Part shown: piece by piece, positions 9,309 through 18,074 of the stretch
Layout: every line of letters starts with the position of its first letter
Position numbering within the stretch: the stretch's first letter is position 1
Source of the DNA: Candidatus Amesbacteria bacterium
Lineage (GTDB): Bacteria; Patescibacteriota; Microgenomatia; CAZETR01; Amesbacteraceae
Direction of reading: 5' to 3'
NCBI GenBank assembly: GCA_027371535.1
Contig: DAHXMV010000002.1
Span: 67,494-131,493, forward strand
DNA: 64,000 bases
Made by a program: the position numbers and the translations under genes
The notes under the pieces: generated by a model
Databases searched by the model: none
The model's input: only the letters and a program-made list of their open reading frames with translations
Told to the model about the DNA's origin: nothing

Positions 9309-10807
9309 AGCTGAATGAAATTAAATTTCCAACCCTATTGGGATTATTTGTCGCTGTAGGGGGTTTAATTTCCGGGATCTGGCTGGTGCAGGAACAGGTA
9401 AGGAGGTCTATTTCGGCAGCGGCAGAAGAGACTCCCAAAGAAGTAAAAATATCAAATATTACGGATGCCAGCTATGTAGTATCGTGGCTGACGGATGTAT
9501 CTACCTCGGGTTATGTGCAGTACGGCGAAGCCAGCGGAGATCAGAATATGATTGTGACCGACGACCGGGATCAACAGCAAGGGTCGGTGCAGGATTACTA
9601 TACACACCTAGTGACTGTGAAAGGACTAAAACCGGAGACAAGTTACAAGTTCAAAATCGGGTCGGGAAAAAAGATTTACAGTTTGAACGGAGCGGCTTAT
9701 CAGGTGGCAACCGGTCCGAGAATAGATATCGTGCCACCGGCTGATGTGGCCTACGGACAAGTAGTAAACGGCAATGGTGAGCCGGCTGACGGGTCACTGG
9801 TTTATCTACAGATTCCCGGAGGAGTAATTCAGGCGGTGATGGTGAAAGCTTCCGGTTCCTGGGTAATACCACTGGCGACTATCAGAAGCCAGGATTTAAA
9901 AAGCTTTGTGACTTATGACAAAACAAATACCCAGCTGGACTTAAATGTGGAGGGAGGGGGCAGTTTAGGTAATTCAACTATTGCCGTTTCCGCCAAAGAT
10001 GATAATCCCGTGCCGGAGATAATTTTAGGGCGGAATAACAATTATCTGCAGGCAAATTCAGTCATCAATGCCGGCCAAGAAAGCACGACTTCTTCCAAAA
10101 TGACCGTGCCAACCCCGACAGTACCGACCGACGATATCAATCTGCTGACGCCGAAATTGGGAGAAAAAGTCAATTCGACCAAACCGGAAATAATCGGCAT
10201 AGCCCCGGCGGGAACACGGGTGACAATTGTAATCCACTCCAATAATTCCATAACCGGAAAGGTGACGGCAGATAATGAAGGAAAATTTATCTATACCGTA
10301 CCTACCGACTTACCGCCGGGGGACCATACACTGACGGTTACGGCAGTGATTGACGGGGTATTAAAAACCATCACCAGACAGTTCACGGTCTACGCGGCCG
10401 GAGAGAGCTTTTCTCCTGCTTATTCGGCTACACCGGCAGCCTCACCGACTCTGAGGCCGACTGCAACCCCCAGACCGACAGCAACACCGATTCCAACGGC
10501 AACCCCCAGACCGTCCCCTACACCCACACCGGGCCTCATTGCTATTGCCCAGCCGACGGCGACACCGGTTCCAATCATCACCACAAAACCGACACCGACG
10601 ATCAAACCTACAGCCACACCGGTGCCGACAGCTACTCCCAAACCGACTGCTACTCCAAGACCAACATCCACACCCAGGCCCACTCCCCTGCCAACCCCGG
10701 TGACTTCAATGCCGGTTTCCGGGAACGGCGACCAAACACTGTGGTGGCTGGTGATAGGCTTATTCATGACCGGATCCGGATGGTGGTGGTACCGGAAAGT
10801 GATTTAA
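9305..10807 (+). CDS. Membrane-anchored surface protein: N-terminal TM, FN3/purple-acid-phosphatase-N-like domain, Ig-like domain, Pro/Thr-rich repeat stalk, C-terminal TM anchor
   Basis: N-terminal anchor FPTLLGLFVAVGGLISGIWLV. FN3-like ISNITDASYVVSWLTDVSTSGYVQYG…LKPETSYKFKI. Big-like PEIIGIAPAGTRVTIVIHSNN…GDHTLTVTAV. Stalk PTATPRPTATPIPTATPRPSPTPTPG…. C-terminus SGNGDQTLWWLVIGLFMTGSGWWWYRKVI. Confidence 0.6.
   Translation: MKLNEIKFPTLLGLFVAVGGLISGIWLVQEQVRRSISAAAEETPKEVKISNITDASYVVSWLTDVSTSGYVQYGEASGDQNMIVTDDRDQQQGSVQDYYTHLVTVKGLKPETSYKFKIGSGKKIYSLNGAAYQVATGPRIDIVPPADVAYGQVVNGNGEPADGSLVYLQIPGGVIQAVMVKASGSWVIPLATIRSQDLKSFVTYDKTNTQLDLNVEGGGSLGNSTIAVSAKDDNPVPEIILGRNNNYLQANSVINAGQESTTSSKMTVPTPTVPTDDINLLTPKLGEKVNSTKPEIIGIAPAGTRVTIVIHSNNSITGKVTADNEGKFIYTVPTDLPPGDHTLTVTAVIDGVLKTITRQFTVYAAGESFSPAYSATPAASPTLRPTATPRPTATPIPTATPRPSPTPTPGLIAIAQPTATPVPIITTKPTPTIKPTATPVPTATPKPTATPRPTSTPRPTPLPTPVTSMPVSGNGDQTLWWLVIGLFMTGSGWWWYRKVI
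10436..10700 (+). repeat. Imperfect tandem ~21-24 bp repeats (ccgacNgcNacNccNagaccg…) encoding a (PTATPRP)n stalk
   Basis: Visible reiterations of ccgac(a/t)gc(a/t)ac(a/t)cc and ccaagacc/cagacc units. Local GC ~60% versus ~40-45% elsewhere. Confidence 0.6.
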
Positions 10808-10822
10808 GTTAAAATCTGGCGA

Positions 10823-11398
10823 GTGAGGACGAGGAAGATAATAAGAATAGGGGTGGATTTTGACGGTGTGGTGGCATATAACCCTTTCAGAATAGTCAGA
10901 GCTCCGATCGCCTGGTTTAAACGGGAAGTATTGGGAATTAAAAAAATCAGTTTTATGAAACCCAGCCAGTGGTGGAAAAGAAGCCTATTGGCAATTTACC
11001 ATAAAGGCAGCATTTTACCGGCCAACGGGGTGAGCACTCTGATCAGCCTGGCCCAGGATAAGAAATATGATTTTTTTCTGATCACGGCCAGATACAGGGA
11101 ATACGAAAAAGACCTGGACAACTGGCTTGATAAATATAAATTAAAACCGGTATTTTCCGAAATCAAAACCAATATCCACAATGAACAACCCCATTTGTTC
11201 AAAGAAAAATTAATTAATGAGCTGGCTTTAGACTATTTCATAGAAGATAATCTGGACATTGCCCAATATCTGGCGGAGAGATCAAAGGCAAAAATTCTAT
11301 GGATAAAAAATATTTTTGATGAACACGTTAATTTCGGGGAAAAATATGCTTATTTAAAGGAAGCCCTGGAAAAGATAGTTGATGAAAATTCTCATTAG
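10823..11398 (+). CDS. HAD-superfamily hydrolase (5'-nucleotidase/phosphatase-like)
   Basis: HAD motif I IGVDFDGVV near the N-terminus; FLITARY and IEDN later, consistent with the HAD core. Confidence 0.55.
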   Translation: MRTRKIIRIGVDFDGVVAYNPFRIVRAPIAWFKREVLGIKKISFMKPSQWWKRSLLAIYHKGSILPANGVSTLISLAQDKKYDFFLITARYREYEKDLDNWLDKYKLKPVFSEIKTNIHNEQPHLFKEKLINELALDYFIEDNLDIAQYLAERSKAKILWIKNIFDEHVNFGEKYAYLKEALEKIVDENSH

Positions 11399-12524
11399 CC
11401 TGACATATTATTCCCCATACATATCAGGATTAACCAGGACGGCGCAGACAATTGCCGAAGGATTGGCACAAAAAGGTCATCAGGTAACAATTTTGTGCAT
11501 AAAGCACGATCATAAACTGAGCAATACGGAAGTATTAAACGGGGTGAGGATTATCAGAGCCAGACCGATGATGAAAATAAGCAAGGGTTTTTTATCAGGG
11601 GATTTCTTGCTAAAGACGCTTAAGGAGGTTAAGAAAACTGACGCAGTGCTGATTAATCTGCCCCAGCCTGAAGGCTGCTGGGTGGCCTGGTGGGCCAAAT
11701 TAAGACGAAAACAGGTAACAGCACTTTATCAATGCGATGTGGTTCTTCCAGGAGGCATTTTCCATAAGTATATCCAGGAGCTGGCTGATTTATTGAACGG
11801 GGTCACCTTACGGTTGGCCGACAAGATAATTGTGGGGACGCAGGACTATGCCGAGCATTCAAGACTGGTGAAGCACTATTTGAATAAAACAGAAGGCGTA
11901 TTATTTCCGATTGAGGAAATATCCCGCCAGCCAAAAAAAGCCAGTCCGAAGTTATTTAAATTTAAAAAGGGAGACAAAAAAATACTTGCGGGTCTGGCCG
12001 GCAGAATGGCGGCTGAAAAAGGCATTGAATATGCAATTGAAGCAGTCAGTCTGTTTAATAATACAAATCCCGAAAAAAAGGCAAAATTATTAATAGCCGG
12101 TCCTCCAAATCCGGTAGGAGAAGAAATTTACAGACAGAAAATTTTGGGACTGGTCAAGATGCATAAAGATGACGTAATAATGCTGGGGCAACTGAAAGAC
12201 TGGGAGATGCAACATTTTTACCGCATTTTAGACATGCTTTTATTGCCTTCCCTAAACCTGACCGAATCATTAGGAATTGTCCAGGTGGAAGCGATGAGGG
12301 AAGGCGTACCGGCCATTGTCAGCGACCTGCCGGGGGTGAGGGTACCGGTGCAACTGACAGGGATGGGGATAATTACACCACCAGCCGATTCAAAAAGCCT
12401 AAGCCAAGCCATGGCCGAGATAGTTAATCATAAGGATAAATACCAACACCGGGAAACCGCCAGGAAGATGTTTGATTACCAGACAGCGCTTAACATTTAT
12501 GAAGCTATCATACTTTCTAAATGA
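11379..12524 (+). CDS. Glycosyltransferase family 4 (GT-B, GT1 superfamily)
   Basis: MMKILISLTYYSPYISGLTRTAQTIAEGLAQKGHQVTIL is a GT4 N-domain. The C-domain carries EGVPAIVSDLPG, a nucleotide-sugar-binding E-x7-E-like region. Confidence 0.75.
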   Translation: MMKILISLTYYSPYISGLTRTAQTIAEGLAQKGHQVTILCIKHDHKLSNTEVLNGVRIIRARPMMKISKGFLSGDFLLKTLKEVKKTDAVLINLPQPEGCWVAWWAKLRRKQVTALYQCDVVLPGGIFHKYIQELADLLNGVTLRLADKIIVGTQDYAEHSRLVKHYLNKTEGVLFPIEEISRQPKKASPKLFKFKKGDKKILAGLAGRMAAEKGIEYAIEAVSLFNNTNPEKKAKLLIAGPPNPVGEEIYRQKILGLVKMHKDDVIMLGQLKDWEMQHFYRILDMLLLPSLNLTESLGIVQVEAMREGVPAIVSDLPGVRVPVQLTGMGIITPPADSKSLSQAMAEIVNHKDKYQHRETARKMFDYQTALNIYEAIILSK

Positions 12525-13257
12525 ATATTTAAAAGAAAGGCCATTATTCCTGTCTTTAATCAGGGCCAAGGAGGCCTGGCTCTTTCAAAAATACCTGCCT
12601 ATCAACCATCCGTCAGTGGATGTGGGCTGCGGAGACGGTTTTTTTGCAAATTTAGCTTTCGGGAGAATAGATACCGGTATTGATTTGCCAAGCAGCAGAA
12701 TAAATGAGGCCGGATCCAAAAAGGTATATAGAGAGCTGTTAGTTTTTGACGGCCGGAGAATCCCCATTAAAAGCAACTCGACGGCTACCTGTATATCCAA
12801 TTGCGTGATGGAACACGTGGAAGACCCGGGTGAATTGATAAAGGAAATTTTCAGAATTACCAAGCCGGGGGGCAGATTTTTTGTTACCGTAATGGCCAAA
12901 CCGTGGGAAGATAATTTGATCGGCGGAAAAATTTTGGGAAAAACCTACCGAAATTGGCTGAGAAAAATACAGGTGCATCTGAACCTTCTGACGGAAGCAG
13001 AATGGAGCCGGAGATTTAAGCGACAGGGCTGGATTATCAGCGGAAAAACCGGGTATTTGTCGCCAAGAGCGGCAAATTTGATCGAAATTGCCCATTATTT
13101 ATCCTTACCAAGCCTGATAAGTTATAAATTAACCAAAAAATGGGCTTTAGTTCCAGGAATAAACCTGCTACCAGTCAAACATCTGGCCGGGATAATGGGG
13201 AAAAATGTCAAACCCGAAACCAGCGGAGCCATTTTATATGTATTACAAAAGCCTTAA
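12472..13257 (+). CDS. Class I SAM-dependent methyltransferase
   Basis: SAM-binding motif I VDVGCGDGFF and a post-I acidic loop; FFVTVMAKPWE. Alternative start at MKLSYF (12499). Confidence 0.65.
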   Translation: MITRQRLTFMKLSYFLNEYLKERPLFLSLIRAKEAWLFQKYLPINHPSVDVGCGDGFFANLAFGRIDTGIDLPSSRINEAGSKKVYRELLVFDGRRIPIKSNSTATCISNCVMEHVEDPGELIKEIFRITKPGGRFFVTVMAKPWEDNLIGGKILGKTYRNWLRKIQVHLNLLTEAEWSRRFKRQGWIISGKTGYLSPRAANLIEIAHYLSLPSLISYKLTKKWALVPGINLLPVKHLAGIMGKNVKPETSGAILYVLQKP

Positions 13258-14758
13258 AAAACATTTATTGTGGATAATAATACTTGGATACTGGGCAATT
13301 TGCCTGTGGCAAATAGATAAAATTCCGGGGGAATGGTACGGAGATATTTCCATTGAGCATGATTATGTACAAACAATCCTTGAGGGTCATTGGCCATGGT
13401 TTTGGGTACTGTCTGCGGGGCCTGTCTTCCATTATCTGATAACACTAATTATCCGGCTTTTAGGCCCGGCATACTCCAGCTTTAAAATTGCATCCATACT
13501 TACCGGGACAGCAGGACTTTTGGGAATCTACTGGCTGGGGAAAAGACTGGGTGATGAAAGAACCGGGTTGTGGGGAGCCGGTATGGCCGCGGTGTCCCTG
13601 GTATATATGATTTTTTCCAGACTGGGGAGTTCACCGCAAATGCTGGTTCCGGTCCTGTCGGTTTTGACAGTTTACGAGACTCTGAAATATCTGGATAAAC
13701 GGAATTTTACAGACCTATTAGCCATAACGGGGCTAATTTTGGCGGGGCTATTCACCTACCCTGCCAGCTGGCTGATTCCGGGAGCAGTAATTTATACTTC
13801 TATCGTCCGGAGTTGGGGACGAAATCTACGGCAACTATTAAAACCGGCAATAATATTGCTGCTTTTTTGCTTACCCATGGTGATCTGGTGGTGGCGGTCA
13901 CTAAACCCCACCGGAAGAAATTTCAGCAACGGTTATATCGGGACCAAGGTAACAGGCTTTGATTTTTCGACTCTTTTACCGGTACTTTTAAATAATACCG
14001 GAAAAGCCCTGGGGATGTTTTGGATCAAGGGAGATATAAGTTTTCGAACCAACCTGTCAAAACAGCCCGTATTTGATCCGATATCCGGTATATTATTTAT
14101 TCTGGGAATCGGGTACTGGATAAAAAAAGGAAAAAAATTCCGGTATCTGGCCGGGCCGCTGCTGATATTTCTGCTACCTTCAATTTCCCCGGGAATCCCG
14201 GGTATCGAAATTCCAAGCAATTCCAGATCCCTGGGAGCCATGCCCTTTGCCTACCTGGTAGCCGGAGGAGGAGCAGTATGGTTAGGGGATCTGATAAAAA
14301 AAGAGTTCAGGAAGGAATTGTTTTGGGCGGGGTTGCTGGTGGTCGTGGCGGTGATTAATTGCCGCTTGTATTTTACCGATTATGCAAACGGCCTACCAAA
14401 TCACAATACGCCTTTTGGAAAAATAATTGCCGGGTTTATTGATAAACAACCGAAACAGATGCCGGTGTATATGACAGCTTACGGGTGGGGAGAATGGCAG
14501 CAGCCGGAACCCAAAGGGGTCTATTATGCCCTTAAAAAACCCGATGGCCGGGAAAATCTCTTAGGTCCTGCCGTGGTCAACTGCGGCCAGATTACGACTC
14601 AAAACGGGGCAGTCATCATTTTTAATCCGGGAGATATACAGACGATAAAGTATTTTAATTTATGTTTCCCGGGAAGCCAAAGGGCGATATTTATCAGTGA
14701 CCGCGGAATACGGGTGTTCTATTGGATGAAAGTGACCCCCGGATCAGAAGTTTTTTGA
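13205..14758 (+). CDS. Polytopic membrane protein, putative GT-C family glycosyltransferase
   Basis: 517 aa, more than 10 predicted TM helices, extracytoplasmic loop after TM1 (IDKIPGEWYGDISIEHDY). Start may be at 13238. Confidence 0.45.
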   Translation: MSNPKPAEPFYMYYKSLKKHLLWIIILGYWAICLWQIDKIPGEWYGDISIEHDYVQTILEGHWPWFWVLSAGPVFHYLITLIIRLLGPAYSSFKIASILTGTAGLLGIYWLGKRLGDERTGLWGAGMAAVSLVYMIFSRLGSSPQMLVPVLSVLTVYETLKYLDKRNFTDLLAITGLILAGLFTYPASWLIPGAVIYTSIVRSWGRNLRQLLKPAIILLLFCLPMVIWWWRSLNPTGRNFSNGYIGTKVTGFDFSTLLPVLLNNTGKALGMFWIKGDISFRTNLSKQPVFDPISGILFILGIGYWIKKGKKFRYLAGPLLIFLLPSISPGIPGIEIPSNSRSLGAMPFAYLVAGGGAVWLGDLIKKEFRKELFWAGLLVVVAVINCRLYFTDYANGLPNHNTPFGKIIAGFIDKQPKQMPVYMTAYGWGEWQQPEPKGVYYALKKPDGRENLLGPAVVNCGQITTQNGAVIIFNPGDIQTIKYFNLCFPGSQRAIFISDRGIRVFYWMKVTPGSEVF

Positions 14759-16449
14759 AAAATTAGAACCTTGGGGTGGTCATAGACTGTAAATGATTCG
14801 TCCGCGTAGTCGTCGACAAAACTGATACCTGTCAACGGGCAATCCTGTAAACTGAAGGCCGCCCGGCCGTAGCTAATAAAGGGCGGGGTGATGCAAAAAC
14901 GCAAGCCCGGGACGGGCAGGTTGGGACGGGAGGTAAACTGGGCCACGAGTTTAAAGCCTAATTTGCCGGAAAATAAATCACGATAAAATGAGGTTGTGTC
15001 AGGATATTTAGATGAATCTGACATAATGGAACCGTAGAGACGATTGGAGGACAAAATTAGATAATCGGCCCGGGCCAGTACCCTTTGAATTTCGGCCCAT
15101 TTTGAAAGGCTTTCCGGGTCATAGAGATGCAGGCTTAAAACCTGATATTTTTCGGCGCCGCTTAACGGCAAACAATCATCCCAATATTCGCAGGTGAGGG
15201 TACTGCCAGAAGGGATGTGCTGATTTATCCAGTCAGTGGCCTGAATCCGGGTGACGGGCCGGGTATAAATACTGATAAAAGCCACGGGCCAGTAAATAAG
15301 CAATAATAATATCCCGAATTTAATATAGATATGACGTAATAACAGCCAGCAGCGGGAGAGAAACAGACCGGAAATAACAGCAATGAAAGGATAGGCGGGA
15401 TAAAAATAGCGTAAGGGCTTGGTAAACTGAAGGGACTGATAAAAGAACAAACCCCAAATCCAGATTAATACCAATAAGACTCCGGGGTATTTGGAACGAT
15501 AATAAAAAGCATAAACAGAAGCCGCCAGAGCCAAAACAGCCAGGACCGGACCTAAACCCCAGTAGAAGAGATTTTCAAAAGAAAACCAGACCGGGGTATT
15601 GATCCACTGGACAGAAGGCGGATACCAACCACTGGAGTCTTCATAAGACCTAAGAGTTTTCAAACCAGAGATAAAATCGGGATTGGGGGTAAAAATTCCG
15701 GTAAAAGCATAGGGCTGAAAAATTCTAAAAGTTAAAAATGCGGAAACCAGAAACAGAAAGCCAAGAATAAACAACTGTTTAATCTGAAATTTACAACGCA
15801 GCATAAACCAAAAACCCAAAATAATTACCGGTAAGAATAAAACGGCGGAAATTTTGGCTGACAAAGCCAAACCGTAAGCCAAACCAAGAGATATGGACAT
15901 CTGGAGTTCTGAAGCCGGTGATGAAGAGCTTAAAAGCAACAACAACAAAAAGAAACTCAAAGTATTAAAAAAAACCAAAAAGGGATCTACGGCAAAAAAA
16001 TGGGCCAGCTGAATGGGCAATACGCTTACCGCATATAATAAAGCGGAAAACAGGCCGGCCCGACCGGATTTAGACACATGGCGGGAAATCAGAAAAACCA
16101 GAATGATGGTGAGACTATCCAAAAGGGCGGAAACATACCGGCCCACCACTGTGAAGCCATTATAATCCGCCAGGTGCAGCAACTGGGCAAAGGCCTTGAC
16201 CGTAAACAGAGGCAAAGTACCATAGACATAAAACTGATAACCGGCGTTATGTGGATTCAAGGGGGATTGAGCGGTGGAAAAATATCCGGCCAGACTGAGC
16301 GGCCAATTAACCGATCCTGCAACCATGGTGAGAAATCTTTCATCGGGATGAAGATGCTGGCCGGAGTCCCAATTTAAATTGTAAAAACGGAAAGATATTC
16401 CCAAAACAAGGATAACAACCAATAACCACAGGCCGGTGCGAGATTTCAT
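14719..16449 (-). CDS. GT-C glycosyltransferase, ArnT/PMT_2-like (polyprenyl-phosphate-sugar dependent)
   Basis: 576 aa polytopic; first loop FRFYNLNWDSGQHLHPDERFLTMVA carries the D-E motif typical of ArnT/PMT. Confidence 0.55.
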   Translation of the reverse strand: MKSRTGLWLLVVILVLGISFRFYNLNWDSGQHLHPDERFLTMVAGSVNWPLSLAGYFSTAQSPLNPHNAGYQFYVYGTLPLFTVKAFAQLLHLADYNGFTVVGRYVSALLDSLTIILVFLISRHVSKSGRAGLFSALLYAVSVLPIQLAHFFAVDPFLVFFNTLSFFLLLLLLSSSSPASELQMSISLGLAYGLALSAKISAVLFLPVIILGFWFMLRCKFQIKQLFILGFLFLVSAFLTFRIFQPYAFTGIFTPNPDFISGLKTLRSYEDSSGWYPPSVQWINTPVWFSFENLFYWGLGPVLAVLALAASVYAFYYRSKYPGVLLVLIWIWGLFFYQSLQFTKPLRYFYPAYPFIAVISGLFLSRCWLLLRHIYIKFGILLLLIYWPVAFISIYTRPVTRIQATDWINQHIPSGSTLTCEYWDDCLPLSGAEKYQVLSLHLYDPESLSKWAEIQRVLARADYLILSSNRLYGSIMSDSSKYPDTTSFYRDLFSGKLGFKLVAQFTSRPNLPVPGLRFCITPPFISYGRAAFSLQDCPLTGISFVDDYADESFTVYDHPKVLIFQKTSDPGVTFIQ

Positions 16450-18059
16450 AAGGATTGACAGCTGCGGTTAACAGAATAGACAGACAGGCCGGATGCGGGA
16501 TCGTCATACACCCGGGTAAACGCGGATTGCCAAAAACCGAAGTCGGGCTGCAAAAAGCTTTCGTGACGGGGGCTTAATTCCACATAAGAAATGTGGTTGG
16601 CAACCAGCAAACGGCAAGCCGCCAACTTTGACCGCGAGGCATAGATGGCGATAGTGGTATTTTCCCGGCCGGACTGATCATAGCCATATGACCAGGTAAA
16701 ATATGAATAACCGTTAAAAACCGGACGCCCTGCCAACGAGGCAGGATGATAAAGCCAGGTACTATTCAAAATTACGGCATCGGGAGGGGTGTGGCCGGCA
16801 AAAAAAGCCGCGTCCGGGTTACCAGCCACGTCGGATATTCGAACATAATAGTCATTCTTAACCGGAAAAAAGTCCACTACTCCGCCTGAGATCAGAATAA
16901 GGCATAGTAAAACCGAGACGGTTTTACCAAGCCTGCCAAGCCGCCAAATGCGGGACAGGGTAAAAGCACTAAGCGGGGAACCGATGATCAAAAAGAAATT
17001 AAAGATTTTGTGATTGTTGATCATGTCCGGCGAAAAACGCAGCAGGTTCGGAGTAATGAATAGGAGTAACAAAGGTAACAATAAAATCCGGCGGATTCTC
17101 CGGGGAGCCAAAAACAGACCGGCGGGAATAAGGAAGAGATGCAAACCAAGATTCAAAAACCAAAACCTGACAAAAGAAAAAACAGTCAGGGGACCGGAAA
17201 TCAGGTAACCAGGCTGAAAACCAATCTGCGGCGAGAGGTTTAAGAGCAACCGGGAAAGAAAGTACCAGGGCAAAAAACCCATGGCAGAGAAGACGAGTGG
17301 CAAACGCAAATGTTTTTCGATGATAAACATCCAACCGATGATAATCAGGGCCGGCAGGATGGCCGCCTGGTTAAGAAACAGGAGAGATCCGAGCATAAAA
17401 CCAATAAAAGGTAATAACTTGCGGGCGGGAAAGACCAGAATAATAAAGATGAGCAAGACAAGGGCAAAGGACAAACCCAGATGGCGCTGGTTAGTGTAGA
17501 TATTTAAATTCCAAAAGGCAGTAACCGGACTGCCGTTCCAGGGACCAAAAGAGACAAAGTTTTCCAGATGGATTAACCGGTCTAGCAGACGGAAGGAAAA
17601 GGGAGTGTTTTTAATAAAATCCACAACCGAAAGAGAGCCGTTAAACAAAAAGAACAAAAGAGATAAAAGGCCGACAGACAGTGAAGAAAACAGCCGGGCC
17701 GCAAAGATTAATATCAGCAGGCAAAGACATAAAAATCCCAAGGCACTGAGGAGATTCAAAGCCAGGTCAATTCTTAGACCGGACTTTTCCAGAAGGCCGG
17801 TAAAAGCATAGAACAAGAAATGATAGCGGATCTTTTCGCCGGGATAGAGAGGGTATTGGGGAGGCCAATTGACACCAACAGAAAACGACCGAATCAAGGG
17901 GATATGACTGGCAAAGTCGCTATAAACTTTGGAAGCAATTAACAATTGATGCGACCGGTTGTCATAACCGAAGGTGTGAAACATAAGCCAGAAGGAGAAA
18001 AAGGCGACAAAGGCCAAGACCAAGATTAAAACCAGCGATTGTCTGAAGTGTGTTGTCAC
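16446..18059 (-). CDS. Polytopic membrane protein, putative GT-C-like glycosyltransferase
   Basis: 537 aa, more than 10 TM helices. 4-bp overlap with the downstream GT-C gene. No clear DE motif (loop has FGYDNRSHQ). Confidence 0.4.
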   Translation of the reverse strand: MTTHFRQSLVLILVLAFVAFFSFWLMFHTFGYDNRSHQLLIASKVYSDFASHIPLIRSFSVGVNWPPQYPLYPGEKIRYHFLFYAFTGLLEKSGLRIDLALNLLSALGFLCLCLLILIFAARLFSSLSVGLLSLLFFLFNGSLSVVDFIKNTPFSFRLLDRLIHLENFVSFGPWNGSPVTAFWNLNIYTNQRHLGLSFALVLLIFIILVFPARKLLPFIGFMLGSLLFLNQAAILPALIIIGWMFIIEKHLRLPLVFSAMGFLPWYFLSRLLLNLSPQIGFQPGYLISGPLTVFSFVRFWFLNLGLHLFLIPAGLFLAPRRIRRILLLPLLLLFITPNLLRFSPDMINNHKIFNFFLIIGSPLSAFTLSRIWRLGRLGKTVSVLLCLILISGGVVDFFPVKNDYYVRISDVAGNPDAAFFAGHTPPDAVILNSTWLYHPASLAGRPVFNGYSYFTWSYGYDQSGRENTTIAIYASRSKLAACRLLVANHISYVELSPRHESFLQPDFGFWQSAFTRVYDDPASGLSVYSVNRSCQSL

Positions 18060-18074
18060 GCGACTAATTATATA

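Noticed and set aside
10420-10767. Minus-strand ORF encoding a GVGV-rich 115-aa peptide
   Set aside because: It is the antisense frame of the Pro/Thr-rich repeat in the 9305-10807 gene, an artefact of the repeat.
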